Notes under the pieces: generated by a model
The model's input: the letters and a program-made list of their open reading frames with translations, nothing else
Database searches by the model: none
Told to the model about the DNA's origin: nothing
In this document: piece after piece, positions 12,401 through 27,400 of the stretch
How positions within the stretch are numbered: position 1 is the stretch's first letter
How the letters are laid out: the number at the start of each line of letters is the position of its first letter
Made by a program: the position numbers and the translations under genes
Assembly: GCA_964016885.1 (NCBI GenBank)
Contig: OZ024742.1
Span: 8,928,001 to 8,992,000, forward strand
Direction of reading: 5' to 3'
Source of the DNA: Eledone cirrhosa
Lineage: Eukaryota
Length of the DNA stretch: 64,000 bases

Positions 12401-15400
12401 CCAGCAGTTCGCGTTACAGCACCAACTCCAGCAGTTCACATTACAGCACCAACTCCAGCAGTTCACATTACAGCACCAACTCCAGCAGTTCACATCACAG
12501 CACCAACTCCAGCAGTTCACATTACAGCACCAACTCCAGCAGTTCACATCACAGCACCAACTCCAGCAGTTCACATTACAGCACCAACTCCAGCAGTTCA
12601 CATCACAGCACCAACTCCAGCAGTTCACATTACAGCACCAGCTCCAGCAGTTCACATCACAGCACCAACTCCAGCAGTTCACATCACAGCACCAACTGCA
12701 GCAGTTCACATTACAGCACCAACTCCAGCAGTTCACATTACAGCACCAACTCCAGCAGTTCACATTACAGCACCAACTCCAGCAGTTCACATTACAGCAC
12801 CAACTCCAGCAGTTCACATTACAGCACCAACTCCAGCAGTTCACATCACTGCACCAACTCCAGCAGTTCACATTACAGCACCAGCTCCAGCAGTTCACAT
12901 CACAGCACCAACTCCAGCAGTTCACATCACAGCACCAACTGCAGCAGTTCACATTACAGCACCAACTCCAGCAGTTCACATTACAGCACCAACTCCAGCA
13001 GTTCACATTACAGCACCAACTCCAGCAGTTCACATTACAGCACCAACTCCAGCAGTTCACATTACAGCACCAACTCCAGCAGTTCACATTACAGCACCAA
13101 CTCCAGCAGTTCACATCACAGCACCAACTCCAGCAGTTCACATCACAGCACCAACTCCAGCAGTTCACATTACAGCACCAACTCCAGCAGTTCACATCAC
13201 AACACCAACTCCAGCAGTTCACATTACAGCACCAGCTCCAGCAGTTCACATCAGAGCACCAACTCTGGCAGTTCACATCACAGCACCAACTGCAGCAGTT
13301 CACATTACAGCACCAACTCCAGCAGTTCACATTACAGCACCAACTCCAGCAGTTCACATTACAGTACCAACTCCAGCAGTTCACATTACAGCACCAACTC
13401 CAGCAGTTCACATTACAGCACCAACTCCAGCAGTTCACATTACAGCACAAACTCGAGCAGTTCACATCACAGCACCAACTCCAGCAGTTCACATCACAGC
13501 ACCAACTCCAGCTGTTCACATTGCAGCACCAACTCCAGCAGTTCACATCACAGCACCAACTCCAGCAGTTCACATCACAGTACCAACTCCAGCAGTTCAC
13601 ATTACAGCACCAACTCCAGCAGTTCACATCACAGCACCTACTCCAGCAGTTCACATTACAGTACCAAATCCAGAAGTTCACATTGCAGCACCAACTCCAG
13701 CAGTTCACATTACAGTACCAACTCCAGCAGTTCACATTACAGCACCAACTCCAGCAATTCACATTACAGCACCAACTCCAGCAGTTCAAATTACAGCACC
13801 AACTCCAGCAGTTCACATCACAGCACCAACTCCAGCAGATCACATTACAGTACCAACTCCAGCAGTTCACATTACAGCACCAACTCCAGCAGTTCACATT
13901 ACAGCACCAACTCCAGCAGTTCATATCACAGCACCAACTCCAGCAGTTCACATCACCGTACCAACTCCAGCAGTTCACATCACAGCACCAACTCCAGCAG
14001 TTCACATTACAGCACCAACTCCAGCAGTTCACATCACAACACCAACTCCAGCAGTTCACATTACAGCACCAGCTCCAGCGGTTCACATCACAGCACCAAC
14101 TCTAGCAGTTCACATCACAGCACCAACTGCAGCAGTTCACATTACAGCACCAACTCCAGCAGTTCACATTACAGCACCAACTCCAGCAGTTCACATTACA
14201 GTACCAACTCCAGCAGTTCACATTACAGCACCAACTCCAGCAGTTCACATTACAGCACCAACTCCAGCAGTTCACATTACAGCACAAACTCGAGCAGTTC
14301 ACATCACAGCACCAACTCCAGCAGTTCACATCACAGCACCAACTCCAGCTGTTCACATTGCAGCACCAACTCCAGCAGTTCACATCACAGCACCAACTCC
14401 AGCAGTTCACATTACAGTACCAACTCCAGCAGTTCTCATTACAGCACCAACTCCAGCAGTTCACATTACAGTACCAACTCCAGCAGTTCACATTACAGCA
14501 CCAACTCCAGCAGTTCACATCACAGCACCAACTCCAGTAGTTCACATTACAGCACCAACTCCAGCAGTTCACATTACAGCACCAACTCCAGCAGTTCACA
14601 TTACCGTACCAACTCCAGCAGTTCACATTACAGCACCAACTCCAGCAGTTCACATCACAGCACCAACTCCAGCAGTTCACATTACAGCACCAACTCCAGC
14701 AGTTCACATTACAGCACCAACTCCAGCAGTTCACATTACAGCACCAACTCCAGCAGTTCACATTACAGCACCAACTCCAGCAGTTCACATCACAGCACCA
14801 ACTCCAGCAGTTCGCGTTACAGCACCAACTCCAGCAGTTCACATTACAGCACCAACTCCAGCAGTTAACATTACAGCACCAACTCCAGCAGTTCACATCA
14901 CAGCACCAACTCCAGCAGTTCACATTACAGCACCAACTCCAGCAGTTCACATCACAGCACCAACTCCAGCAGTTCACATTACAGCACCAACTCCAGCAGT
15001 TCACATCACAGCACCAACTCCAGCAGTTCACATTACAGCACCAGCTCCAGCAGTTCACATCACAGCACCAACTCCAGCAGTTCACATCACAGCACCAACT
15101 GCAGCAGTTCACATTACAGCACCAACTCCAGCAGTTCACATTACAGCACCAACTCCAGCAGTTCACATTACAGCACCAACTCCAGCAGTTCACATTACAG
15201 CACCAACTCCAGCAGTTCACATTACAGCACCAACTCCAGCAGTTCACATTACAGCACCAACTCCAGCAGTTCACATCACAGCACCAACTCCAGCAGTTCA
15301 CATTACAACACCAGCTCCAGCAGTTCACATCACAGCACCAACTCCAGCAGTTCACATCACAGCACCAACTGCAGCAGTTCACATTACAGCACCAACTCCA

Positions 15401-18400
15401 GCAGTTCACATTACAGCACCAACTCCAGCAGTTCACATTACAGCACCAACTCCAGCAGTTCACATTACAGCACCAACTCCAGCAGTTCACATTACAGCAC
15501 CAACTCCAGCAGTTCACATTACAGCACCAACTCCAGCAGTTCACATTACAGCACCAACTCCAGCAGTTCACATTACAGCACCAACTCCAGCAGTTCACAT
15601 CACAGCACCAACTCCAGCAGTTCGCGTTACAGCACCAACTCCAGCAGTTCACATTACAGCACCAACTCCAGCAGTTCACATTACAGCACCAACTCCAGCA
15701 GTTCACATCACAGCACCAACTCCAGCAGTTCACATCACAGCACCAACTCCAGCAGTTCACATTACAGCACCAACTCCAGCAGTTCACATCACAGCACCAA
15801 CTCCAGCAGTTCACATTACAGCACCAGCTCCAGCAGTTCACATCACAGCACCAACTCCAGCAGTTCACATCACAGCACCAACTGCAGCAGTTCTCATTAC
15901 AGCACCAACTCCAGCAGTTCACATTACAGCACCAACTCCAGCAGTTCACATTACAGCACCAACTCCAGCAGTTCACATTACAGGACCAACTCCAGCAGTT
16001 CACATTACAGCACCAACTCCAGCAGTTCACATCACAGCACCAACTCCAGCAGTTCACATTACAGCACCAGCTCCAGCAGTTCACATCACAGCACCAACTC
16101 CAGCAGTTCACATCACAGCACCAACTGCAGCAGTTCACATTACAGCACCAACTCCAGCAGTTCACATTACAGCACCAACTCCAGCAGTTCACATTACAGC
16201 ACCAACTCCAGCAGTTCACATTACAGCACCAACTCCAGCAGTTCACATTACAGCACCAACTCCAGCAGTTCACATTACAGCACCAACTCCAGCAGTTCAC
16301 ATCACAGCACCAACTCCAGCAGTTCACATCACAGCACCAACTCCAGCAGTTCACATTACAGCACCAACTCCAGCAGTTCACATCACAACACCAACTCCAG
16401 CAGTTCACATTACAGCACCAGCTCCAGCAGTTCACATCAGAGCACCAACTCTGGCAGTTCACATCACAGCACCAACTGCAGCAGTTCACATTACAGCACC
16501 AACTCCAGCAGTTCACATTACAGCACCAACTCCAGCAGTTCACATTACAGTACCAACTCCAGCAGTTCACATTACAGCACCAACTCCAGCAGTTCACATT
16601 ACAGCACCAACTCCAGCAGTTCACATTACAGCACAAACTCGAGCAGTTCACATCACAGCACCAACTCCAGCAGTTCACATCACAGCACCAACTCCAGCTG
16701 TTCACATTGCAGCACCAACTCCAGCAGTTCACATCACAGCACCAACTCCAGCAGTTCACATCACAGTACCAACTCCAGCAGTTCACATTACAGCACCAAC
16801 TCCAGCAGTTCACATCACAGCACCTACTCCAGCAGTTCACATTACAGTACCAAATCCAGAAGTTCACATTGCAGCACCAACTCCAGCAGTTCACATTACA
16901 GTACCAACTCCAGCAGTTCACATTACAGCACCAACTCCAGCAATTCACATTACAGCACCAACTCCAGCAGTTCAAATTACAGCACCAACTCCAGCAGTTC
17001 ACATCACAGCACCAACTCCAGCAGATCACATTACAGTACCAACTCCAGCAGTTCACATTACAGCACCAACTCCAGCAGTTCACATTACAGCACCAACTCC
17101 AGCAGTTCACATCACAGCACCAACTCCAGCAGTTCACATCACCGTACCAACTCCAGCAGTTCACATCACAGCACCAACTCCAGCAGTTCACATTACAGCA
17201 CCAACTCCAGCAGTTCACATCACAACACCAACTCCAGCAGTTCACATTACAGCACCAGCTCCAACAGTTCACATCACAGCACCAACTCTAGCAGTTCACA
17301 TCACAGCACCAACTGCAGCAGTTCACATTACAGCACCAACTCCAGCAGTTCACATTACAGCACCAACTCCAGCAGTTCACATTACAGTACCAACTCCAGC
17401 AGTTCACATTACAGCACCAACTCCAGCAGTTCACATTACAGCACCAACTCCAGCAGTTCACATTACAGCACAAACTCGAGCAGTTCACATCACAGCACCA
17501 ACTCCAGCAGTTCACATCACAGCACCAACTCCAGCTGTTCACATTGCAGCACCAACTCCAGCAGTTCACATCACAGCACCAACTCCAGCAGTTCACATCA
17601 CAGTACCAACTCCAGCAGTTCACATTACAGCACCAACTCCAGCAGTTCACATCACAGCACCTACTCCAGCAGTTCACATTACAGTACCAAATCCAGAAGT
17701 TCACATTGCAGCACCAACTCCAGCAGTTCACATTACAGTACCAACTCCAGCAGTTCACATTACAGCACCAACTCCAGCAATTCACATTACAGCACCAACT
17801 CCAGCAGTTCAAATTACAGCACCAACTCCAGCAGTTCACATCACAGCACCAACTCCAGCAGATCACATTACAGTACCAACTCCAGCAGTTCACATTAGAG
17901 CACCAACTCCAGCAGTTCACATTACAGCACCAACTCCAGCAGTTCACATCACAGCACCAACTCCAGCAGTTCACATCACCGTACCAACTCCAGCAGTTCA
18001 CATCACAGCACCAACTCCAGCAGTTCACATTACAGCACCAGCTCCAGCAGTTCACATCACAGCACCAACTCCAGCAGTTCACATCACAGCACCAACTGCA
18101 GCAGTTCACATTACAGCACCAACTCCAGCAGTTCACATTACAGCACCAACTCCAGCAGTTCACATTACAGCACCAACTCCAGCAGTTCACATTACAGCAC
18201 CAACTCCAGCAGTTCACATTACAGCACCAACTCCAGCAGTTCACATTACAGCACCAACTCCAGCAGTTCACATTACAGCACAAACTCCAGCAGTTCACAT
18301 TACAGCACCAACTCCAGCAGTTCACATCACAGCACCAACTCCAGCAGTTCACATCACAGCACCAACTCCAGCAGTTCACATTACAGCACCAACTCCAGCA

Positions 18401-21400
18401 GTTCACATTACAGCACCAACTCCAGCAGTTCACATCACAGCACCAACTCCAGCAGTTCACATTACAGCACCAACTCCAGCAGTTCACATCACAGCACCAA
18501 CTCCAGCAGTTCACATTACAGCACCAACTCCAGCAGTTCACATCACAGCACCAACTCCAGCAGTTCACATTACAGCACCAGCTCCAGCAGTTCACATCAC
18601 AGCACCAACTCCAGCAGTTCACATCACAGCACCAACTGCAGCAGTTCACATTACAGCACCAACTCCAGCAGTTCACATTACAGCACCAACTCCAGCAGTT
18701 CACATTACAGCACCAACTCCAGCAGTTCACATTACAGCACCAACTCCAGCAGTTCACATTACAGCACCAACTCCAGCAGTTCACATTACAGCACCAACTC
18801 CAGCAGTTCACATTACAGCACCAACTCCAGCAGTTCACATTACAGCACCAGCTCCAGCAGTTCACATCACAGCACCAACTCCAACAGTTCACATCACAGC
18901 ACCAACTGCAGCAGTTCACATTACAGCACCAACTCCAGCAGTTCACATTACAGCACAAACTCCAGCAGTTCACATTACAGCACCAACTCCAGCAGTTCAC
19001 ATTACAGCACCAAATCCAGCAGTTCAAATTACAGCACCAACTCCAGCAGTTCACATCACAGCACCAACTCCAGCAGATCACATTACAGTACCAACTCCAG
19101 CAGTTTACATTACAGCACCAACTCCAGCAGTTCACATTGCAGCACCAGCTCCAGCAGTTCACATTACAGCACCAACTCCAGCAGTTCACATTACAGCACC
19201 AACTCCAGCAGTTCACATCACAACACCAACTCCAGCAGTTCACATCACAGTACCAACTCCAGCAGTTCACATCACAGCACCAACTCCAGCAGTTCACATC
19301 ACATCACCAACTCCAGCAGTTCGCGTTACAGCACCAACTCCAGCAGTTCACATTACAGCACCAACTCCAGCAGTTCACATTACAGCACCAACTCCAGCAG
19401 TTCACATCACAGCACCAATTCCAGCAGTTCACATTACAGCACCAACTCCAGCAGTTCACATCACAGCACCAACTCCAGCAGTTCACATTACAGCACCAAC
19501 TCCAGCAGTTCACATCACAGCACCAACTCCAGCAGTTCACATTACAGCACCAGCTCCAGCAGTTCACATCACAGCACCAACTCCAGCAGTTCACATCACA
19601 GCACCAACTCCAGCAGTTCACATTACAGCACCAACTCCAGCAGTTCACATTACAGCACCAACTCCAGCAGTTCACATTACAGCACCAACTCCAGCAGTTC
19701 ACATTACAGCACCAACTCCAGCAGTTCACATTACAGCACAAACTCCAGCAGTTCACATTACAGCACCAACTCCAGCAGTTCACATCACAGCACCAACTCC
19801 AGCAGTTCACATCACAGCACCAACTCCAGCAGTTCACATTACAGCACCAACTCCAGCAGTTCACATTACAGCACCAACTCCAGCAGTTCACATCACAGCA
19901 CCAACTCCAGCAGTTCACATTACAGCACCAACTCCAGCAGTTCACATCACAGCACCAACTCCAGCAGTTCACATTACAGCACCAACTCCAGCAGTTCACA
20001 TCACAGCACCAACTCCAGCAGTTCACATTACAGCACCAGCTCCAGCAGTTCACATCACAGCACCAACTCCAGCAGTTCACATCACAGCACCAACTGCAGC
20101 AGTTCACATTACAGCACCAACTCCAGCAGTTCACATTACAGCACCAACTCCAGCAGTTCACATTACAGCACCAACTCCAGCAGTTCACATTACAGCACCA
20201 ACTCCAGCAGTTCACATTACAGCACCAACTCCAGCAGTTCACATTACAGCACCAACTCCAGCAGTTCACATTACAGCACCAACTCCAGCAGTTCACATTA
20301 CAGCACCAGCTCCAGCAGTTCACATCACAGCACCAACTCCAACAGTTCACATCACAGCACCAACTGCAGCAGTTCACATTACAGCACCAACTCCAGCAGT
20401 TCACATTACAGCACCAACTCCAGCAGTTCACATTACAGCACCAACTCCAGCAGTTCACATTACAGCACCAAATCCAGCAGTTCAAATTACAGCACCAACT
20501 CCAGCAGTTCACATCACAGCACCAACTCCAGCAGATCACATTACAGTACCAACTCCAGCAGTTTACATTACAGCACCAACTCCAGCAGTTCACATTGCAG
20601 CACCAGCTCCAGCAGTTCACATTACAGCACCAACTCCAGCAGTTCACATTACAGCACCAACTCCAGCAGTTCACATCACAACACCAACTCCAGCAGTTCA
20701 CATCACAGTACCAACTCCAGCAGTTCACATCACAGCACCAACTCCAGCAGTTCACATCACATCACCAACTCCAGCAGTTCGCGTTACAGCACCAACTCCA
20801 GCAGTTCACATTACAGCACCAACTCCAGCAGTTCACATTACAGCACCAACTCCAGCAGTTCACATCACAGCACCAATTCCAGCAGTTCACATTACAGCAC
20901 CAACTCCAGCAGTTCACATCACAGCACCAACTCCAGCAGTTCACATTACAGCACCAACTCCAGCAGTTCACATCACAGCACCAACTCCAGCAGTTCACAT
21001 TACAGCACCAGCTCCAGCAGTTCACATCACAGCACCAACTCCAGCAGTTCACATCACAGCACCAACTGCAGCAGTTCACATTACAGCACCAACTCCAGCA
21101 GTTCACATTACAGCACCAACTCCAGCAGTTCACATTACAGCACCAACTCCAGCAGTTCACATTACAGCACCAACTCCAGCAGTTCACATTACAGCACCAA
21201 CTCCAGCAGTTCACATTACAGCACCAACTCCAGCAGTTCACATCACAGCACCAACTCCAGCAGTACACATTACAGCACCAGCTCCAGCAGTTCACATCAC
21301 AGCACCAGCTCCAGCAGTTCACATCACAGCACCAACTGCAGCAGTTCACATTACAGCACCAACTCCAGCAGTTCACATTACAGCACCAACTCCAGCAGTT

Positions 21401-24400
21401 CACATTACAGCACCAACTCCAGCAGTTCACATTACAGCACCAACTCCAGCAGTTCACATTACAGCACCAACTCCAGCAGTTCACATTACAGCACCAACTC
21501 CAGCAGTTCACATTACAGCACCAACTCCAGCAGTTCACATTACAGCACCAACTCCAGCAGTTCACATCACAGCACCAACTGCAGCAGTTCACATTACAGC
21601 ACCAACTCCAGCAGTTCACATTACAGCACCAACTCCAGCAGTTCACATTACAGCACCAACTCCAGCAGTTCACATTACAGCACCAACTCCAGCAGTTCAC
21701 ATTACAGCACCAACTCCAGCAGTTCACATCACAGCACCAACTCCAGCAGTTCACATCACAGCACCAGCTCCAGCAGTTCACATCACAGCACCAACTCCAG
21801 CAGTTCACATCACAGCACCAACTGCAGCAGTTCACATTACAGCACCAACTCCAGCAGTTCACATTACAGCACCAACTCCAGCAGTTCACATTACAGCACC
21901 AACTCCAGCAGTTCACATTACAGCACCAACTCCAGCAGTTCACATTACAGCACCAACTCCAGCAGTTCACATTACAGCACCAACTCCAGCAGTTCACATC
22001 ACAGCACCAACTCCAGCAGTTCACATCACAGCACCAACTCCAGCAGTTCACATTACAGCACCAACTCCAGCAGTTCACATCACAACACCAACTCCAGCAG
22101 TTCACATTACAGCACCAGCTCCAGCAGTTCACATCACAGCACCAACTCCAGCAGTTCACATCACAGCACCAACTGCAGCAGTTCACATTACAGCACCAAC
22201 TCCAGCAGTTCACATTACAGCACCAACCCCAGTAGTTCACATTACAGTACCAACTCCAGCAGTTCACATTACAGCACCAACTCCAGCAGTTCACATTACA
22301 GCACCAACTCCAGCAGTTCACATTACAGCACAAACTCGAGCAGTTCACATCACAGCACCAACTCCAGCAGTTCACATCACAGCACCAACTCCAGCTGTTC
22401 ACATTGCAGCACCAACTCCAGCAGTTCACATCACAGCACCAACTCCAGCAGTTCACATCACAGTACCAACTCCAGCAGTTCACATCACAGCACCTACTCC
22501 AGCAGTTCACATTACAGTACCAAATCCAGCAGTTCACATTGCAGCACCAACTCCAGCAGTTCACATTACAGTACCAACTCCAGCAGTTCACATTACAGCA
22601 CCAACTCCAGCAATTCACATTACAGCACCAACTCCAGCAGTTCAAATTACAGCACCAACTCCAGCAGTTCACATCACAGCACCAACTCCAGCAGATCACA
22701 TTACAGTACCAACTCCAGCAGTTCACATTACAGCACCAACTCCAGCAGTTCACATTGCAGCACCAGCTCCAGCAGTTCACATTACAGCACCAACTCCAGC
22801 AGTTCACATTACAGCACCAACTCCAGCAGTTCACATCACAGCACCAACTCCAGCAGTTCACATCACAGTACCAACTCCAGCAGTTCACATCACAGCACCA
22901 ACTCCAGCAGTTCACATTACAGCACCAGCTCCAGCAGTTCACATCACAGCACCAACTCCAGCAGTTCACATCACAGCACCAACTGCAGCAGTTCACATTA
23001 CAGTACCAACTCCAGCAGTTCACATTACAGCACCAGCTCCAGCAGTTCACATCACAGCACCAACTCCAGCAGTTCACATCACAGCACCAACTGCAGCAGT
23101 TCACATTACAGCACCAACTCCAGCAGTTCACATTACAGCACCAACTCCAGCAGTTCACATTACAGCACCAACTCCAGCAGTTCACATCACAGCACCAATT
23201 CCAGCAGTTCACATTACAGCACCAACTCCAGCAGTTCACATCACAGCACCAACTCCAGCAGTTCACATTACAGCACCAACTCCAGCAGTTCACATCACAG
23301 CACCAACTCCAGCAGTTCACATTACAGCACCAGCTCCAGCAGTTCACATCACAGCACCAACTCCAGCAGTTCACATCACAGCACCAACTGCAGCAGTTCA
23401 CATTACAGCACCAACTCCAGCAGTTCACATTACAGCACCAACTCCAGCAGTTCACATTACAGCACCAACTCCAGCAGTTCACATTACAGCACCAACTCCA
23501 GCAGTTCACATTACAGCACCAACTCCAGCAGTTCACATTACAGCACCAACTCCAGCAGTTCACATCACAGCACCAACTCCAGCAGTACACATTACAGCAC
23601 CAGCTCCAGCAGTTCACATCACAGCCCCAACTCCAGCAGTTCACATCACAGCACCAACTGCAGCAGTTCACATTACAGCACCAACTCCAGCAGTTCACAT
23701 TACAGCACCAACTCCAGCAGTTCACATTACAGCACCAACTCCAGCAGTTCACATTACAGCACCAACTCCAGCAGTTCACATTACAGCACCAACTCCAGCA
23801 GTTCACATTACAGCACCAACTCCAGCAGTTCACATTACAGCACCAACTCCAGCAGTTCACATCACAGCACCAACTGCAGCAGTTCACATTACAGCACCAA
23901 CTCCAGCAGTTCACATTACAGCACCAACTTCAGCAGTTCACATTACAGCACCAACTCCAGCAGTCCACATTACAGCACCAACTCCAGCAGTTCACATTAC
24001 AGCACCAACTCCAGCAGTTCACATTACAGCACCAACTCCAGCAGTTCACATCACAGCACCAACTCCAGCAGTTCACATTACAGCACCAGCTCCAGCAGTT
24101 CACATCACAGCACCAACTCCAGCAGTTCACATCACAGCACCAACTGCAGCAGTTCACATTACAGCACCAACTCCAGCAGTTCACATTACAGCACCAACTC
24201 CAGCAGTTCACATTACAGCACCAACTCCAGCAGTTCACATTACAGCACCAACTCCAGCAGTTCACATTACAGCACCAACTCCAGCAGTTCACATCACAGC
24301 ACCAACTCCAGCAGTTCACATCACAACACCAACTCCAGCAGTTCACATTACAGCACCAGCTCCAGCAGTTCACATCACAACACCAACTCCAGCAGTTCAC

Positions 24401-27400
24401 ATTACAGCACCAGCTCCAGCAGTTCACATCACAGCACCAACTCCAGCAGTTCACATCACAGCACCAACTGCAGCAGTTCACATTACAGCACCAACTCCAG
24501 CAGTTCACATTACAGCACCAACCCCAGTAGTTCACATTACAGTACCAACTCCAGCAGTTCACATTACAGCACCAACTCCAGCAGTTCACATTACAGCACC
24601 AACTCCAGCAGTTCACATTACAGCACAAACTCGAGCAGTTCACATCACAGCACCAACTCCAGCAGTTCACATCACAGCACCAACTCCAGCTGTTCACATT
24701 GCAGCACCAACTCCAGCAGTTCACATCACAGCACCAACTCCAGCAGTTCACATTACAGCACCAACTCCAGCAGTTCACATCACAGCACCAACTCCAGCAG
24801 TTCACATCACAGCACCAACTTCACCAGTTCACATTACAGCACCAACTCCAGCAGTTCACATTACAGTACCAACTCCAGCAGTTCACATTGCAGCACCAAC
24901 TCCAGCAGTTCACATCACAGCACCAACTCCAGCTGTTCACATTACAGTACCAACTCCAGCAGTTCACATCACAGCACCAACTCCAGCAGTTCACATCACA
25001 GCAACAACTCCAGCTGTTCACATTACAGCACCAACTCCAGCAGTTCACATTACAGCAGCAACTCCAGCAGTTCACATTACAGCACCAACTCCAGCAGTTC
25101 ACATTACAGCACCAACTCCAGCAGTTCACATTACAGCACCAACTCCAGCAGTTCACATCACAGCACCAACTCCAGCAGTTCGCGTTACAGCACCAACTCC
25201 AGCAGTTCACATTACAGCACCAACTCCAGCAGTTCACATTACAGCACGAACTCCAGCAGTTCACATCACAGCACCAACTCCAGCAGTTCACATTACAGCA
25301 CCAACTCCAGCAGTTCACATCACAGCACCAACTCCAGCAGTTCACATTACAGCACCAACTCCAGCAGTTCACATCACAGCACCAACTCCAGCAGTTCACA
25401 TTACAGCACCAGCTCCAGCAGTTCACATCACAGCACCAACTCCAGCAGTTCACATCACAGCACGAACTGCAGCAGTTCACATTACAGCACCAACTCCAGC
25501 AGTTCACATTACAGCACCAACTCCAGCAGTTCACATTACAGCACCAACTCCAGCAGTTCACATTACAGCACCAACTCCAGCAGTTCACATTACAGCACCA
25601 ACTCCAGCAGTTCACATTACAGCACCAACTCCAGCAGTTCACATCACAGCACCAACTCCAGCAGTTCACATTACAGCACCAGCTCCAGCAGTTCACATCA
25701 CAGCACCAACTCCAGCAGTTCACATCACAGCACCAACTGCAGCAGTTCACATTACAGCACCAACTCCAGCAGTTCACATTACAGCACCAACCCCAGTAGT
25801 TCACATTACAGTACCAACTCCAGCAGTTCACATTACAGCACCAACTCCAGCAGTTCACATTACAGCACCAACTCCAGCAGTTCACATTACAGCACAAACT
25901 CGAGCAGTTCACATCACAGCACCAACTCCAGCAGTTCACATCACAGCACCAACTCCAGCTGTTCACATTGCAGCACCAACTCCAGCAGTTCACATCACAG
26001 CACCAACTCCAGCAGTTCACATTACAGCACCAACTCCAGCAGTTCACATCACAGCACCAACTCCAGCAGTTCACATCACAGCACCAACTTCACCAGTTCA
26101 CATTACAGCACCAACTCCAGCAGTTCACATTACAGTACCAACTCCAGCAGTTCACATTGCAGCACCAACTCCAGCAGTTCACATCACAGCACCAACTCCA
26201 GCTGTTCACATTACAGTACCAACTCCAGCAGTTCACATCACAGCACCAACTCCAGCAGTTCACATCACAGCAACAACTCCAGCTGTTCACATTACAGCAC
26301 CAACTCCAGCAGTTCACATTACAGCACCAACTCCAGCAGTTCACATTACAGCACCAACTCCAGCAGTTCACATTACAGCACCAACTCCAGCAGTTCACAT
26401 TACAGCACCAACTCCAGCAGTTCACATCACAGCACCAACTCCAGCAGTTCGCGTTACAGCACCAACTCCAGCAGTTCACATTACAGCACCAACTCCAGCA
26501 GTTCACATTACAGCACGAACTCCAGCAGTTCACATCACCGCACCAACTCCAGCAGTTCACATTACAGCACCAACTCCAGCAGTTCACATCACAGCACCAA
26601 CTCCAGCAGTTCACATTACAGCACCAACTCCAGCAGTTCACATCACAGCACCAACTCCAGCAGTTCACATTACAGCACCAGCTCCAGCAGTTCACATCAC
26701 AGCACCAACTCCAGCAGTTCACATCACAGCACGAACTGCAGCAGTTCACATTACAGCACCAACTCCAGCAGTTCACATTACAGCACCAACTCCAGCAGTT
26801 CACATCACAGCACCAACTGCAGCAGTTCACATTACAGCACCAACTCCAGCAGTTCACATTACAGCACCAACTCCAGCAGTTCACATTACAGCACCAACTC
26901 CAGCAGTTCACATTACAGCACCAACTCCAGCAGTTCACATTACAGCACCAACTCCAGCAGTTCACATTACAGCACCAACTCCAGCAGTTCACATTACAGC
27001 ACCAACTCCAGCAGTTCACATTACAGCACCAACTCCAGCAGTTCACATCACAGCACCAACTGCAGCAGTTCACATTACAGCACCAACACCAGCAGTTCAC
27101 ATTACAGCACCAACTCCAGCAGTTCACATTACAGCACCAACTCCAGCAGTTCACATTACAGCACCAACTCCAGCAGTTCACATTACAGCACCAACTCCAG
27201 CAGTTCACATTACAGTACCAACTCCAGCAGTTCACATTGCAGCACCAACTCCAGCAGTTCACATCACAGCACCAACTCCAGCTGTTCACATTACAGTACC
27301 AACTCCAGCAGTTCACATCACAGCACCAACTCCAGCAGTTCACATCACAGCAACAACTCCAGCAGTTCACATTACAGCACCAACTCCAGCAGTTCACATT

